From NCBI GenBank assembly GCA_030390025.1, contig CM059432.1:101558001-101622000 (forward strand): a stretch of 64,000 bases of DNA, in the 5' to 3' direction. Positions 1 through 12,864 of this stretch are shown here, one piece after another; position 1 is the stretch's first letter; each line of letters starts with the position of its first letter. Position numbers and translations under genes: made by a program. A model generated the notes under the pieces. That model was not told the origin of the DNA and ran no database searches. It saw nothing but the letters and a program-made list of their open reading frames with translations. The DNA comes from Squalus acanthias. Taxonomy: Eukaryota.

Positions 1-149
1 CATAGTCAGATTATAAATTGATATATAAAAAAAAATCATAAAAATCTTTCTGGAAAAATATGACCCGCAATTTAATTCATTAAATTTTGTTCAGAACAGA
101 CGCTGTCAACTCCCCTTTCTATATATTACTGCACCAAACCATCACATTG

Positions 150-384
150 ACATTTTTCCCCAAAGGGGACATGGCCCCTTTAAATTTTCTTTCAAACAAC
201 GCGTCATCAGACGCGAGAAACTGACAGCCTCCAAGCAATTGCCTGGAGGGACCCGCATTATGGCTGTAATGAGGCCAATCAACGCAAATTCGTAAGTTCT
301 GGGATGCGGCTGCCGGAAGCGGGTCGGAAAGCCTCCGAGCAGCGGACCCGCACTCAAGCCGCCTCCATTAGTAAAATCGCGGCC
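150..384. mobile_element. Terminal fragment of a non-autonomous Harbinger-like element
   Basis: Ends in AAAATCGCGGCC (373-384), identical to the right terminus of the 44539-46285 element; GC-rich subterminal region. Other end not located. Confidence 0.45.
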
Positions 385-450
385 AAAGTCTCCCTTTTTT
401 TCATGCTGTGCTTCTATTCTGAGGGGCACAGAGAAAAAAAAAATAAAGAT

Positions 451-1315
451 CTTCCAATCTTCCTTAGATACAGGGTGATGCCAAAGGACTGGAGGACTGC
501 GAATATTACACCCTTGTTCATGAAAAATAGCAATTACAGGCCAGTCAGTTTAATGTCGGTGGTGGGGAAGTTTTTAGAAACAATAATCTGGGAGAAAATT
601 AACAGCCACTTGGACAAGCATGGACAAATAAAGGAGAGCCAGCATGGATTTGTTAAGGGCAAATCGTGTTTGAGTAACTTGATTGAGTTTTTGGTGAGGT
701 TGAAGAGGAGTGGATGAGGGCAGTGCAGTTGTTGTTATGTATATGGACTTTCAAAAGGTGTGTGATAAAGTACCACATACTAGGCTTGTTAGCAAACTTG
801 AAGCCCATGAGATAAAAAGGGCAATAGCAGCATGGATACAAAATTGGCTAAGGGATAGAAAACAGAGAGTTGTGGTAATGGCTGTTTTCCAGACTGGAGG
901 GAGGTATACAATGGCGTTCCCCAAGGTTCAGTACTAGGACCACTGCTGTTTTTGATATACATTAATAACTTGGACTTGGGAGTATAGGACACAATTTCGA
1001 AAATTGCAGACAACACAAAACTCGGAAGTGTAGTAAACAGTGAGGAAGATAGTAATAGATTTCAAGAAGACATAGACAGGCTGGTGGAATGGGCAACACA
1101 TGGCAGGTGAAATTCAATGCAGAAAAGTGTGAGGTGATACATTTTGGTAGGAAGAATGAGGAGAGACCATATACACTAAATGGTACAATTTTAAAGGGGG
1201 TGCAAGAACAGAGAGACCTGGGGTGCTTGTGCACAAATCTTTGAAGGTGGCAGGACAGGTTAACAAAGCAGATAATAAAGCATATGGGATCCCGGGCTTC
1301 ATAAATAGAGGCATA
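451..1315 (+). mobile_element. CR1 LINE fragment (RT region, frameshifted), left part
   Basis: ORF pieces NYRPVSLMSVVGKFLE, SQHGFVKGKSCLSNLIEF, YMDFQKVCDKVPH and GFINRGI are CR1 ORF2 motifs; interrupted at 1316. Confidence 0.9.
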
Positions 1316-2055
1316 GGGCTGGATTTTGTGAATGGCGACGAGTTGGAGGCAGGACTGCTGCTTGTCATGTCAATGTCCCGCCTCCATCCTCGCCTGACCA
1401 ACCAGAGGGATTTTCCCCTGATTGACCTTGTTAAGCCCGCCCTGTTCTGTGAAGCTGTCAAACACTGACATTCTCTTTAGTTTGATGAGGCCTTGTGTTC
1501 AGGACTGATCAAACTTTCCAAATTTGTAAATTTCATATGGCTGCTGGTACGGAGGTTCCAACAGCCAGTCTGTGAAATTGACAAGGAGGATGTCGGCTCT
1601 CCCGATCCAGTGCGGCTAAAGGCTGTAGGAAGAAAACAAGGTAAGTGAACACTTTTTTAAACTTATCACTCACCTTGCATACTTACCACTCCACACTTGC
1701 ACCCATCACTCACCTCTACATCTTACTTCCAGGTGCTTCCGACCGCTGCAGACCTCCTCCACGTCTCCTCCAACCCGGCGGGGTTCTCTGAGGTCGGGAA
1801 GACTTCACCTGTGAAGGTAAAATGGCACTAATCCTTTTTTCTGCCTGTCAACTACCTGTTAACAGGCAGTTAAAAGGATTAAATGCCTTTCCCGCCTCCA
1901 GGAGACGGGACCTGAAGCTGCACAGCATCCTGCCTCCTGGCAAAAGGGCACAGAGGTGGGATGGGGGCGGGTTTGCCATCCGCCCCCACTTTCTCTGAAT
2001 TTACCGGCTGTCCCGCCTCCATGCCCGCCTCCTCGGGGCTTGGAAAATCCAGCCC
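1316..2055. mobile_element. Non-autonomous PIF/Harbinger-like element inserted in CR1
   Basis: Perfect 12-bp TIR GGGCTGGATTTT / AAAATCCAGCCC; flanks ATA / CTA; CR1 reading frame resumes after it (VMLNLYKTLV). Confidence 0.8.
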
Positions 2056-2058
2056 CTA

Positions 2059-2648
2059 GAGTAGTTATGCTAAACCTCTATAAAACACTAGTTTGGCCCC
2101 AGCTGGAATATTGTGATCAATTCTGGGCACCACACTTTAGGAAGGACATGAAGGCTTTGGAGAGGGTACAGAAGAGATTTACTAGAATGGTTCCAGTGAT
2201 GAAGGAATACAGTTACATGGAAAGACTAAAGAAGCAGGGGTTGTTCCCCTTGGAGCAGAGAAGGCTAAAAGGAGATTTGATAGAGGTGTTTAAAATCATG
2301 AAGGATTTAGATAGAGTAAATAAAGAGAAACTGTTTTGAATGGCTGAAGGGTCAATAATGAGAGGGCACAGATTTAATGTGATTGGCAAAAGAAACAGAG
2401 GCGACATGAGGTAAAACTTTTTTATGTAACGAGTGGTTAGGATTTGGAATGCACTGCCTGATGGGGTGGTGGATACAGATTCAATACTAGCCTTCAAAAG
2501 GGAATTGGATAAATACTTAAAGGAGAAAATATTGCAGGGATATGGGGAAAGAGCGGGGGAGTGGGACTAACTGGATTGCTCTTCGAAAGAGCTGGTGAAG
2601 ACTTGATGGGCCGAATGGCCTCCTTCTGTGCTATACTATTCTATGATT
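2059..2648 (+). mobile_element. CR1 LINE 3' end, right part of the same copy
   Basis: LYKTLVWPQLEYCDQFWAPHFRKD...ERVQKRFTRM...RRLKGDLIEVFKI; CR1-type 3' end GGCCGAATGGCCTCC...ATTCTATG. Confidence 0.9.
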
Positions 2649-4009
2649 TTATAATCAGCAAAAAAATGAAGTGTCGCAAAAAATTTGTAGACTCTACAGG
2701 AAATGTCTGACCATAATAGTACTGTAATTTGTAATCAATCACTTCCACATGGTAAATACTGGATAATATATTGGGAAGCATGGAGACATTGGATGCTCTG
2801 TTCTGTTTGATGTTGATCAGGCAATTCATGGAAAAGTCTCATCAATGTGCCCAATGATGCTGAGGTGTTGATTAGCCCAGTAAACAAATGGTCATCCTTG
2901 TTTCCATTCTAGTGGTCATGGGTTGATATAGATGATTTGGTGCCAGGGGTTTCCACATAGCGTGTCCAAAGTATAACAATCGGGTAGACAGTATTACAGG
3001 TAAAAGATCAACCTTAATCCATATAAAGATATGATATATGGTTGTCAATTGATTAGGATTGTCCAATTTGTTGCATAGCATTAATCTAAAATGCAATTTA
3101 CATTGTCCTGTTAGATGGGCCCATGGTCATTTTCCTTTGTGGCAGTTTGTTATTTGTATATTTTTTTGAGTTCGTTTGATGGAGTAGGTTTCCCAGGCAT
3201 TCCAATCTTAAACATGCAGTTATATGAGCCAGTGAGCACTTAATGACTGAAGGCAGCTATGATTTCATGTTCCTTCTGCATCTGATTACATTCAAGTGCA
3301 CCGAGCATAAAACAATACTAAAGATATCTTTCTCCCTTCCAATTTATAAAATGTGATGCTTTTTTAAAAAACTGAAATAACTGTGAACACTACAGCCAAT
3401 CAGATGTCATGCCTGAGTACAATTCCTGGATCAGAGGAGAGACAGAAGCTTTTGTGTATGTATTGATGGAATATTTTAGCTCCCTTTGGCAGTTTGCAGA
3501 CCTGTTATTAAATCAAAGCTGCGCACCAGAATGTGGCCACTGAGGTATCCAAATATTTGCCCAAAGGATATCGGGGTTAATTTTCATCTTTAGCTCCCGG
3601 GCGGTAACCTGGTGAAGCTGATCGCCCACCCTTTATGGAACCTGCTCGATTTTTTGTTCCATTGATTTCAATGATATGAGCAACAAAATACAGAAATGAG
3701 TATCAAATATTTCTTCATTTACATTAAAATAAATCATCAATTACAAATCAAATCCAAGGTACCAGCTTGGTGTGAATACACAGCTTATAGTAAGTGTACA
3801 TTGTAACGATTATTCAGCTGTTTACTTGGACTGGCTTGACTTCACATCATTGAAACTGGGAAACCAATGGAATGGGAAGATTGAACCAGAATCCCTCCGC
3901 TTCATGAAATCACATGAAATAACTTTACAATTACGGCATGAGTTGAAAAGCCTGAAGACAGAAAAGTAAAGGGTTTAAAAAAAAGTGAAGAGGACCATAA
4001 GAAAAACTT

Positions 4010-4820
4010 CAAGAGTACAAAGAGATTAGTTGAATGGGAAAAGCAGGTGAAAAATGCAATTTAATTTGGAGAAGTGCGAGGTAATGTATTTTGGAATTAA
4101 AAATAAGGAATGGGAGTATACACTCAGTGGAAGGACACTGAAAGGTGTGGAGGAGCAGCGAAAACTAGGAGTTCAAATACATAACTCCTTGAAAGTATGA
4201 CTACAGGTAGATAAAGCCATTGAAACATCAATAGCATTTTGTGTATTAGTAATTGAGGCATAGAGTACAAGAGCAAAGAGAATGATGAATTTGTACAAGG
4301 CAAAGTTAGAGTACTCTATGCAGCTTTGGACACTCCATTATAGAAAGAGCATTAAAGCTACAGTGAGTTTACAGCAAAGATTTACCCAGGGGATAATAGG
4401 GATTAAAAAAAGTTATGAGGAGAGATTTGAGTTACGAGCATGATTTCTACTGGAGCAGAGAAGACAAAAAGCAGATTTATCAGAGTTTATGAAATATTTT
4501 TGAATAACAAATGACTATTGCATCTAGGGAGTCAGTGATGAGAAGGTCGTCAATTTAAAATTGCCCCGAAGGGAGTGAGGAGAAAGGTTATTTACACAGG
4601 GAGTTGTCTGAGCATGGAATACTTTTCCACAGGGAATAGTTGAGGTAGTGACCACTGCATCTTTTAAGAGAAGAGTAGATAAACATTTGAAACAGAGTTA
4701 AAATACATGGCTACGGCATGAGAGCAGGGCAGTGGGATTAGTTTTGGATTGGTCACGCAAAGAACAGGCACAGATATGATGGGCCAAAAAGGCCTTCCTC
4801 AATGATAAACATCTATGGTT
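4010..4820 (+). mobile_element. Degenerate CR1 LINE 3' fragment
   Basis: Decayed similarity to the other CR1 copies (AAGTGCGAGGTAATGTATTTTGG, GGCATAGAGTACAAGAGC, GATGGGCCAAAAAGGCC). Confidence 0.7.
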
Positions 4821-5714
4821 CTAAACCTTGGTCATGTTTGCACTCCACGAATTTCTTTGGGGTTTGTTGCACTCCACTGCCGTGATAGGGTTTCCACTGA
4901 ACTTCTGACAAAGTTACGGAACAGCAGTAGCCCCGAGGAAATGCCTGGCCATGGTCCTGCATTTGCTTTTTCATTCCGGTTATTCGGAAACCACAAAATC
5001 TTGGGTCACATCCGTGAACCGGGTAAATAAATAAAGGCTACACTGTAGAGGATAGTAGAATAAATGGAGTTGTCTATTGTTGTTTTCTATATATTTATTA
5101 TGTAATTTCCCACTGAGGGGTTATTATACAGATTAGTAGAAGTGCTATGGATTTTGCAATGGTCATTATATCCTGTGCGTTGCTGCTTACCTCTCTGAAA
5201 AGCTACTGGAAAATCCCCAAAACAAGGATTAAATCTACAGTGATATCTCACCTCTAAATATCAGTTAATTCATCAGGGAATCAAAGAAATAGATAAACCC
5301 AGCCTAATGTCCCAACAGCAACTGCTATTTGTACAGATATGTATATGGTCATTTTATTGAATTGTAGTTGTTGTGGAAAGGTTTTCTAAAGATGAGTTTG
5401 TAATCCTTGGTTTTTAATTGGCAAGAACTGGTTAAAAAAAAACCTTTACTTTTAATGTACATTCCTTTCTTTATATATATCTTTAACTCTACTTAAATAG
5501 AATTTGCCTTTCTCTTGCCAATTTGGATGATTTCAATATTTTAAAAGCTTTTAATATAAAAGGTATATATGACGAGTATGTCAAGGCTAACAGCAACATA
5601 ATAAATATTTACACAAATGATGTAGATCATATAAATTATGTTAATATTGTTTTAATAGAGTACTTAAAATTACTATAAATGTACTCATTTATATTTATGT
5701 TCATTAGGACTATT

Positions 5715-6640
5715 ATGAGGATGCTGAATTATATAATCTGGACTTTTAAAAGGCATTTGATAAAGGGCCACATGATAGACTTGTTAGGAAAATTGAAGCC
5801 CATGGGATTAAAGGGGCAGTGGCAGTGTGAATACGAAATTGGCTGCGAGACAGAAAGCAGAGAGTAGTAGTGAACAGGGTCAGTATTAGGACCGCTACTC
5901 TTTTAAAAATATATTAATGACCTGGACTAGGGTATGGGGGCATAATTTCAAAGTTTGCAGATGACACAAAGCTTGGAAATGTTGTAAACAGTGAAGATAA
6001 TAGTCGACCTCAGGAGGACATAGACAGACTGGTGAAATAGGCAAACACATGGCAGATGAACTTTAGTGCAGAGAAGTGTGAAGTGATGCACTTTGGAAGG
6101 AAAAATGATGAGAGGCAATATAAACTAAATGGTATAATTTTAAAGTGGGTGCAAGAACATAGACACCTGGGGTTGTATGGACACAAATCTTTGAAGATGG
6201 CAGGACAAGTTGATAAAGCTGTTAAAAACACATCCGGCATCCTTGGCTTTATAAATAGAGGCATAGGAAGGATGTCAAGGCCTTAAGAAAGGGTGCAGAG
6301 GAATGGTAACAGGGATGAGGGAGAAATAGATTCCACTGGCAGGAGGGTCGGTAACCAGAAGACACCGATTTAAGATAATTGGCAAAAAAGCCAGGGGGAG
6401 AGATGAGAATTTTCTTTTTTTACTCAGCGAGTTATGATGATCTGGAATGCGTTGCCTGAAAGGGTGGTGCAAGCAGATTTAATAGTAACTTTCAAAAGGG
6501 AATTAGATCTCTACTTAAAAAGGGAAAATGTGTAGGTGCTTTGGGAAAAGAGCAGGGGAGTGGGACTAATTGGTAGCTCTTTCAGAAAGCCGGCACAGGT
6601 ATGATGGCTAAATGGCCTCATTTGGAGTTGTATTGTTGAT
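5715..6640 (+). mobile_element. CR1 LINE 3' fragment with internal deletions
   Basis: KFADDTK-encoding sequence near 5950; ORF 6056-6286 FSAEKCEVMHFGRKN...LGFINRGI; CR1 3'UTR. Confidence 0.85.
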
Positions 6641-7129
6641 TTGAATATGCTTTTTTTCTGCAATTTGCCTCCCACATCTTTTCAAAAGAGGCCTGCTGCC
6701 ATCTTCGAAAAATTATAAGCAGGAATTCAAGTCAGTCGCTCCAGATACAATATTAAAATCAGTTGTCATGGAGCTACTTTAAAATTTTCCCGATGTGACT
6801 TACTTTCAGTAAATCCACACAAAAAAAATGCAGAATTGAAACTTGTGTCATTGGTACCCACACATTCAATAATCTAGTCAAAGCTGCTTTGTACTTTTCA
6901 TTACACATAGTAACTGGCTAAAATGTAGATTTTTAGCGAAGGACCTTTCAAATTGTTCTATCTGTACTGTAGTTGATGGCTCTTCTGACACACCATCTAT
7001 TAATTCAAGGATCCCCCAGAACTCTAACCTCATTCAAACTGTGTTCCTTCTCCACTCATCCAGCCTTATTCACTCTCTTGCTGGTGATTCCACTCTATAT
7101 TTATCAACTTCCTTCAGATCAAATACACA

Positions 7130-8160
7130 CAGTACATACATCCTCCACTCCTGTAGACGAGTACATACCAGTGGACGTCATTAAAGTTGGAGATTGTAAG
7201 AGAGGATCAGGAAGTCTTGATTGGGTGATATCAAATTTGTGTTTTAAATGTCAGAAGTTTGATAGAGGAAAAATTGAGTTGGACTGGGAGACTGTGGTGA
7301 GTTATGATTTCAACACAGTGAGGATCCAGGGAGGTGAAATGTAGGAGGACATATTTGGATCTTAGAAGGAATGAGAGAGGAAAGTTCAGAGGAGCACTGG
7401 TCATTGTAGGATTGATAAAATAGGAAGAAATAAAAAATGGTTATGATAGAGAGAGAGAGGTTAGATACTCGTGGTGAGAGAGGATCATCTACCTCATGAC
7501 AAGGCATTTCTTGTATCCCATCCAAGAGTGATAGAGAGAGGTTTTAAAGGTTTCTACCTAGATAATGGAGCAATATTCAAGTCTTAGATGGATTTGGGAC
7601 ATATAGAAATTAAAAGATCTTGTGGGGAAAAGAAATGTTTGGCAGGAAAGCAGGTTTCTTGGAGGTAGTTTTAACAATGGAGAAAATATTGGAATTCTAT
7701 TTAAAAAGATGGTCAGAGGAGGCTGGGAGTGCATAAATGCAGTTGAATGAAGAAGTACTAAGGTTGGAGTCATCAATGGCAAGAGGTGATAACAGTTTGT
7801 TAGACCTGCAAAAGACAAAGAAACCGTGCCTTAAGAGAATCGGAGAAACAAGATTTGTACTGCCTCATCGAAAAGAATGCTGGAAATCAAGATATAGTAA
7901 TCCAGCAATTGCACTGGAAAAGGACTGGAGATTTTGTGCTTTGAGAGTGATGGAATCCATCAGAAAAAAAGGAGGATTGGATCATGACTGGAGGAGCTTA
8001 CTGAAATAAAGAATGAAGAGAGTGAGAGACAAAATGAAGACCCGGGGTGCCTCAAAGTTAAAAAGAATGCGTGAGGTTGAGCTATCAACTAGAGAATAAA
8101 TACAGTAATGAATGCAAATTTTGTGGGAGGCCATATAATGGAGAGTTAACTAGAAGCACA
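7130..8160 (-). mobile_element. Old degenerate LINE fragment (CR1/L2 group, ORF2 C-terminus)
   Basis: Minus-strand pieces YMSQIHLRLEYCS and LFYQSYNDQCSSELSSLIP resemble the YKxQIRPxLEYCS and LFYRYYxGxCSxELxSLIP motifs of CR1-group LINEs. Confidence 0.5.
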
Positions 8161-8478
8161 AGGCAGCAAACCTCATCAAAGGCTTAAGAGATGTCTTCGG
8201 ACTTGATAACATGTTTCTTTATTTTTAGCACTGAATTTTATTCAGGTGTAAATTGAAATTCAATAGTGATCTTTTTTAGTTATATATTGCAAACTAGCTG
8301 AGGTTGTGATGTTAGAGTAACTATTATGAATACATGTTCTTAACAGGCAATGTTGCAAGTTGGGAGCGCAAATTGACAAAATTACCTCTATTATGTCATT
8401 GAATAATATAATTCTATTGCATATTGTAGACAGTTAATACGTAACTCTTTGAAGATTGCATTCAGTTCCAAACTAAAA

Positions 8479-8594
8479 GGGGATCATTTTGATTTTGGGT
8501 AATAGTGTAAAACGGGCGATATTAGATCAGCAGCCTGTTATCCATCTCTCCCAATTTCATTTATACACTATTGCCCAAAGTCAAAATCAACCCC
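8479..8594. mobile_element. 116-bp palindromic MITE (Harbinger-like termini)
   Basis: About 31-bp imperfect TIRs GGGGATCATTTTGATTTTGGGTAATAGTGTA / TACACTATTGCCCAAAGTCAAAATCAACCCC; 3-bp TSD AAA. Confidence 0.75.
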
Positions 8595-8852
8595 AAAGGT
8601 TTGTTTTTAGAATTTCAAAATACCATAAATAAGGTAATTTCTTCAGTTCTGAGCAGCTCTCTAATTCTGCTTCATACATTTCACAATTAGAAGCTTCTAT
8701 AATATACTTTTTGAAGCTTTTATATGAAAAAATGTATATTTTGAAAAAGCAGTTGATTGTTCAACACACAAAGGCATGAACAAATGTGTGAAAGATTTTT
8801 AATTTCAGACATTGAGTATTGCAGCAAATAAGTTTATGAAACCAATAATTCG

Positions 8853-10537
8853 TAGTGCCAACTCCACCGTCTCATAAATCAAAAAACAAAATCTTAAAAA
8901 TTATGAGATTTGGTATAGAAATCATGAGTTGCTATTTTTTTCCTGACCCGACCCCTCGCTGACCTTTCCTCCCGGACAGGATGTGCATTCGGCCGTCACT
9001 GACCGAATACTGACATAAGAACATAAGAAATAGGAGCAGGAGTAGGTGGATTGGTGGCCCTGCTGTCGCATCACTCACAGGCCGGCCTCGCTCTGCTTTT
9101 CCTTCTCCAGCCCTACAACCCTCCGAGATCTCTGCGCTCGTCCAACTCGGGCCTCTTGTGCATTCCCGATTTTAATCGCTCCACCATTGACAACCGTGCT
9201 TTCAGCTGCCTAGGCCCTAAGCTCTGGAATTCCCTCCCTAAATTTCTCCGCCTCTCTCTCCTTCGTTAAGACGCTCCTTAAAACCTACCTCTTTGTCCGA
9301 GCTTTAGGTCACCTGCCCTAATATTGCCTTATGTGGCTCGGTGTCAAATTTTGTTTGATAATCCCTCGTGTGAAGCACCATGGGACGTTTTACTACTTTA
9401 AAGGCACTCTATAAATGCATGTTGTTGTTGCTGTTATCGACTTCAGGCCAATTAATTTCCTTTTTTGAGATAGCATAACTTTAAGCCAGTGTTCAACACT
9501 CTTCAATGTACCAGTGCAATTAAACCACAACAGACCAGGAAATATTGAAATTAGATGTTAAAATTGCTGTTAATATATTGGAACTGTTTTTTGTGCTACA
9601 AGCAAAAACAAAATATAAACCCATATAGTAGCAATGGCTACAATCCAACTGCATATGTAGAACTTTGCACAGTCAGTAGGCTATTATCTGAAGAGATTGT
9701 AGGTTTTAACATTCAGAACATATTTAATTAGGTGGATAATGAGATTATCTCATGTTTGCAGTGACTGCTGCCCCTGACTCTGCATACACCGGGTCAATCT
9801 GCCTCAATAAATCACAAGACATTCACATCACAGTCGTTACAGTGTGTTGGATCCCTACCTGTGTGCTTAAGACTGCACTCCCCACCTCCAAATGAAATAG
9901 GGGAGACGAGCAGGGCGCTTGCTTAACTCATCAACCCCCATCAGTCTCCAGTGGCCCGGAGACCCTGCTGCTGCTACTGCACCTCTCCCCTCCCCCTGCC
10001 ACCGAGCCAATGGCCCGGGCAATGGCGAACGCTCTTCAACAGACAGCTCTGGGAGATAACGGTGGACGCAGGTACTTTCGCGGGTTAACCACACCCACTC
10101 CATAATCCCCCACTAAATCACTGTATTGTGGTGTGGTATTGGGCCGCCCATCCCTCCCTCCAACAGAGGTGGCTTGATAAGCCCAGGTACCCCAGGCGCA
10201 GACTCCAGTTTGGACCCGTGCCACTCACGCTAATTTAAAAATGGCGCCCACTCCCGCCGCCGTCCCTCAATTTTGCTACCGCAAACAAGTTGACCCCCTG
10301 ACATCCTCTAGTCACTCACTCTCTAAGAGGCCGCTGCCATTTCTAACAGGCCGAGAAGAGGCCATTTCCCCGCTGAATGGCAAATCGTGTATTTTTCTGC
10401 GCATGCACAAATCGCTGTATTTTTTAAAAAAAGAAGATCCCGAGAATTAGGCGTTCCATCGCAAGATCACAAGTGAAGCTTTATTTCACACTGAAATTGC
10501 GTCCCTCATGATAGAATCGCGAGAGTTGGCAATACTA
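8853..10537. mobile_element. Putative non-autonomous hAT-like DNA transposon carrying nested LINE tails
   Basis: Termini TAGTGCCAACTC and GAGTTGGCAATACTA (inverted, with a 3-bp gap); flanks AATAATTC / AATAATGA resemble a decayed 8-bp TSD. Confidence 0.4.
9100..9432 (+). mobile_element. L2 LINE 3' end
   Basis: LQPYNPPRSLRSSNSGLL...RAFSCLGPKLWNSLP is the typical L2 ORF2 C-terminus; (GTT)n tail. Confidence 0.85.
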
Positions 10538-11050
10538 AATAATGAATAAGAAAATATGCAACCATTGTGGGTTGTAGGGTGTGAGATTCAGTTTAAGAAC
10601 AAACCACGACAAGTGATTGAAGCTGCACAGATAAGCTAATTCTTAAATACTGCACTTCTTACAAATTATCACTGTTGAATTCTGGGGATTTGTGTTCATT
10701 TAAGTGATGTCCTACTGTTTCAAAATGTAAGGAAATCAATGCAGGATTATGTGCTAGTTAAATGCCAAGGCTGTAGGCCACAGGCCAAGATGTGTCATCA
10801 AAGGACAGGAGCTGTGCTTTGCACAGTGCAATCCAGAACAATGTATATTAGATTCAGTATTCTGTGGCAAATGGCTCATCTTCTGACTCCCCAATGCCTC
10901 GCCACTGCTTACAAGGCACAAGTCAGGAGGGTGATAGAATATTCTCAATATACCTGGATGGGTGCAGCTGCAGTAACACTAAATAAGCAGTCAATTCGAT
11001 CGACACCTCATCCACTAGCCTAAACAGCCACCCTTTCACCTCCGCCTGCC

Positions 11051-11348
11051 CAGGGGTGGTGGTAGGGCTGTGCAACCTGTGCAATTGCACAGCGCCCCAT
11101 ACCAGTCAAGGACCCCGAATGGATCTAGTACCGTAAATGGCTGCCGCTTGCAGCATTAGTCAGGCCAGGTAGGCCCAGCTCTCAGCCTAACATACCCCGT
11201 TTCTGCACGACTGGACTGTATGGATCTTCCCCATTATCGGCAAAGTCAGGGGCAGCGTTAGGGCCCTGCAACCTATGCAATTGTACAGTAAACCAGTCCC
11301 CAGACCAAGCCTATGTACAGGGCCCCCGAAAGGCAAACACCAGCCCTG
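11051..11348. mobile_element. hAT-like MITE inserted in LINE
   Basis: TIR CAGGGGTGGTG / CACCAGCCCTG; internal duplication of TGCAACCTRTGCAATTG; LINE sequence resumes after 11348. No clean TSD. Confidence 0.55.
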
Positions 11349-11456
11349 GGTGTACCATGTCTGCGGTGTGTACTATCTACAGGATGCACTGCAGCAACTT
11401 GCCAAGGCCTCTTCGGCAGCACCTCCCAAACCCACAACCTCCACCATCGAGAAGGA

Positions 11457-11911
11457 GCAGCCTTGGCTCAGTGGTAGAATTTGTGGCAGAAGGTTGCAGG
11501 TACAAGTTTCACTCCCGAGACTAGAGCAAATAATCTAGGCTGGCTTATTTGTGCAGTACTGTGGGAGTGCTGCACTGTCGGAGGTGCCGTCTTTCAGATG
11601 AGATGTTAAACCAAGACCCCGTCCACCCCCTCTCAGGTGGACGCAAGAGATCCCAGGACACTATTCGAAGAAGAGCAAGGGAGATCTCCCAGTGTCCTGG
11701 CCAACATGTATCCCTCAACCAACACCTAAATCAGATAATCTGGTCATTTATTTCATTGTTGTTTGTGGGACCTTGCTGTGCGCAAATTGGCTGTCACATT
11801 CCCTACATCTCCTACAGTGACTACACTTCAAAGGTATATAATTGGCTGTAAAGCGCTTTGGGTTGTGAAAGACGCTATATAAATGCAAGTCCTTTTATCC
11901 TTTTATTTTTC
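11457..11911 (+). mobile_element. tRNA-headed Deu-domain SINE (SacSINE1/DeuSINE-like)
   Basis: A-box TGGCTCAGTGG; Deu-like core GTGCCGTCTTTCAGATGAGATGTTAAACC; L2-type tail; 7-bp TSD AGAAGGA (11450-11456 / 11912-11918). Confidence 0.85.
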
Positions 11912-12369
11912 AGAAGGACATAGGCAACAGATGTATGTGAAACCATTTTCTCAAGCTTCCCTCCAAGTCACACACCATCCTGATTGGGAATGGTACATGG
12001 TTCCTTCATCGTTGCTGGGTCAAAGTCCTGGAACGCCCTACCTAACAGCATTGTGGAAGCACCTTCGCCACACAAACTGCAGAATTCGAAAAAGAAGGCT
12101 CACCGCCACCTTCTCAGCTTCACTAGAGATGGGCAATAAATGCCAGCCTTGCCACGACACACAACCCGAGAATAATTTTAAAAAAAATTACAGTGCCGAG
12201 TTCAATCGCAGTAACATACCATCAACTTTGGTTTCCATGGTAACTCTGTAATAGATCATATTCTTTTTAGATTTTACTTTGGCTCCCTTTGTGACTAAAA
12301 TTTATTTAATGTTTTACTATGTTTTTTCATTGATCTCCATTCATATATTTGACAGGTCTATCTTCTTTG

Positions 12370-12499
12370 ATTGGCTCCCCATGGCCCACATGATCCCAGG
12401 GACACTTGCGAACCTCGGGAGCCCTCAGGTAAGTGCATAGTTTTTTTCCAGATTGGCGGCTTCCGCACGCGGGAAGCCTCCGATTGGAAAATACAGCCC
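12370..12499. mobile_element. Terminal fragment of a MITE related to 38781-39520 (inverted)
   Basis: GGCCCACATGATCCCAGGG and GGGAAGCCTCCGAT are reverse complements of segments at 38787-38975; ends AAAATACAGCCC. Confidence 0.55.
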
Positions 12500-12864
12500 A
12501 TTATATGAAAAAAAGAATTACGGTGAAAAAGTAACATTCTTTCCTCTAACTTTTTTGATAAATCTTTAGCTGATATTAGTACTGGGAAAGAAACTTTCCT
12601 CCATTATGGAGGCTCATTAACACACTTTGTATAGCATGGGCCAGATGCAGATTAAAACACCCATTGCATTGCCTCAACATGTCTCAAGACTAATCTCAGA
12701 AGATAACCCTTACTGTACCAATGCCGAGCAATCCGTAAATTACAGGTAAAATATATGTAATGCTGAGATTAAGCAAGGCAATGGGAAAGTGTAAATCTAT
12801 GCCAAAACCTTAACATTGTTGTAATATAACTTCTATAATGCCTTTGCAATAAAATAGCTCACTG

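Larger units (their letters stand above)
10850..12165 (+). mobile_element. CR1-group LINE ('family B') 3' fragment, split by two insertions
   Basis: HLLTPQCLATAYKAQVRRVIEYS matches the copies at 25340-27150 and 49295-51743; 3'UTR GGGCAATAAATGCCAGCCTTGCC. Confidence 0.8.

Noticed and set aside
2650..3300. Possible decayed GIY-YIG/Penelope coding fragment on the minus strand
   Set aside because: Only vague resemblance; no diagnostic motif recovered.
11457..11530. tRNA gene
   Set aside because: It is the tRNA-derived head of a SINE and continues into the Deu core; the same holds at 21669 and 51744.
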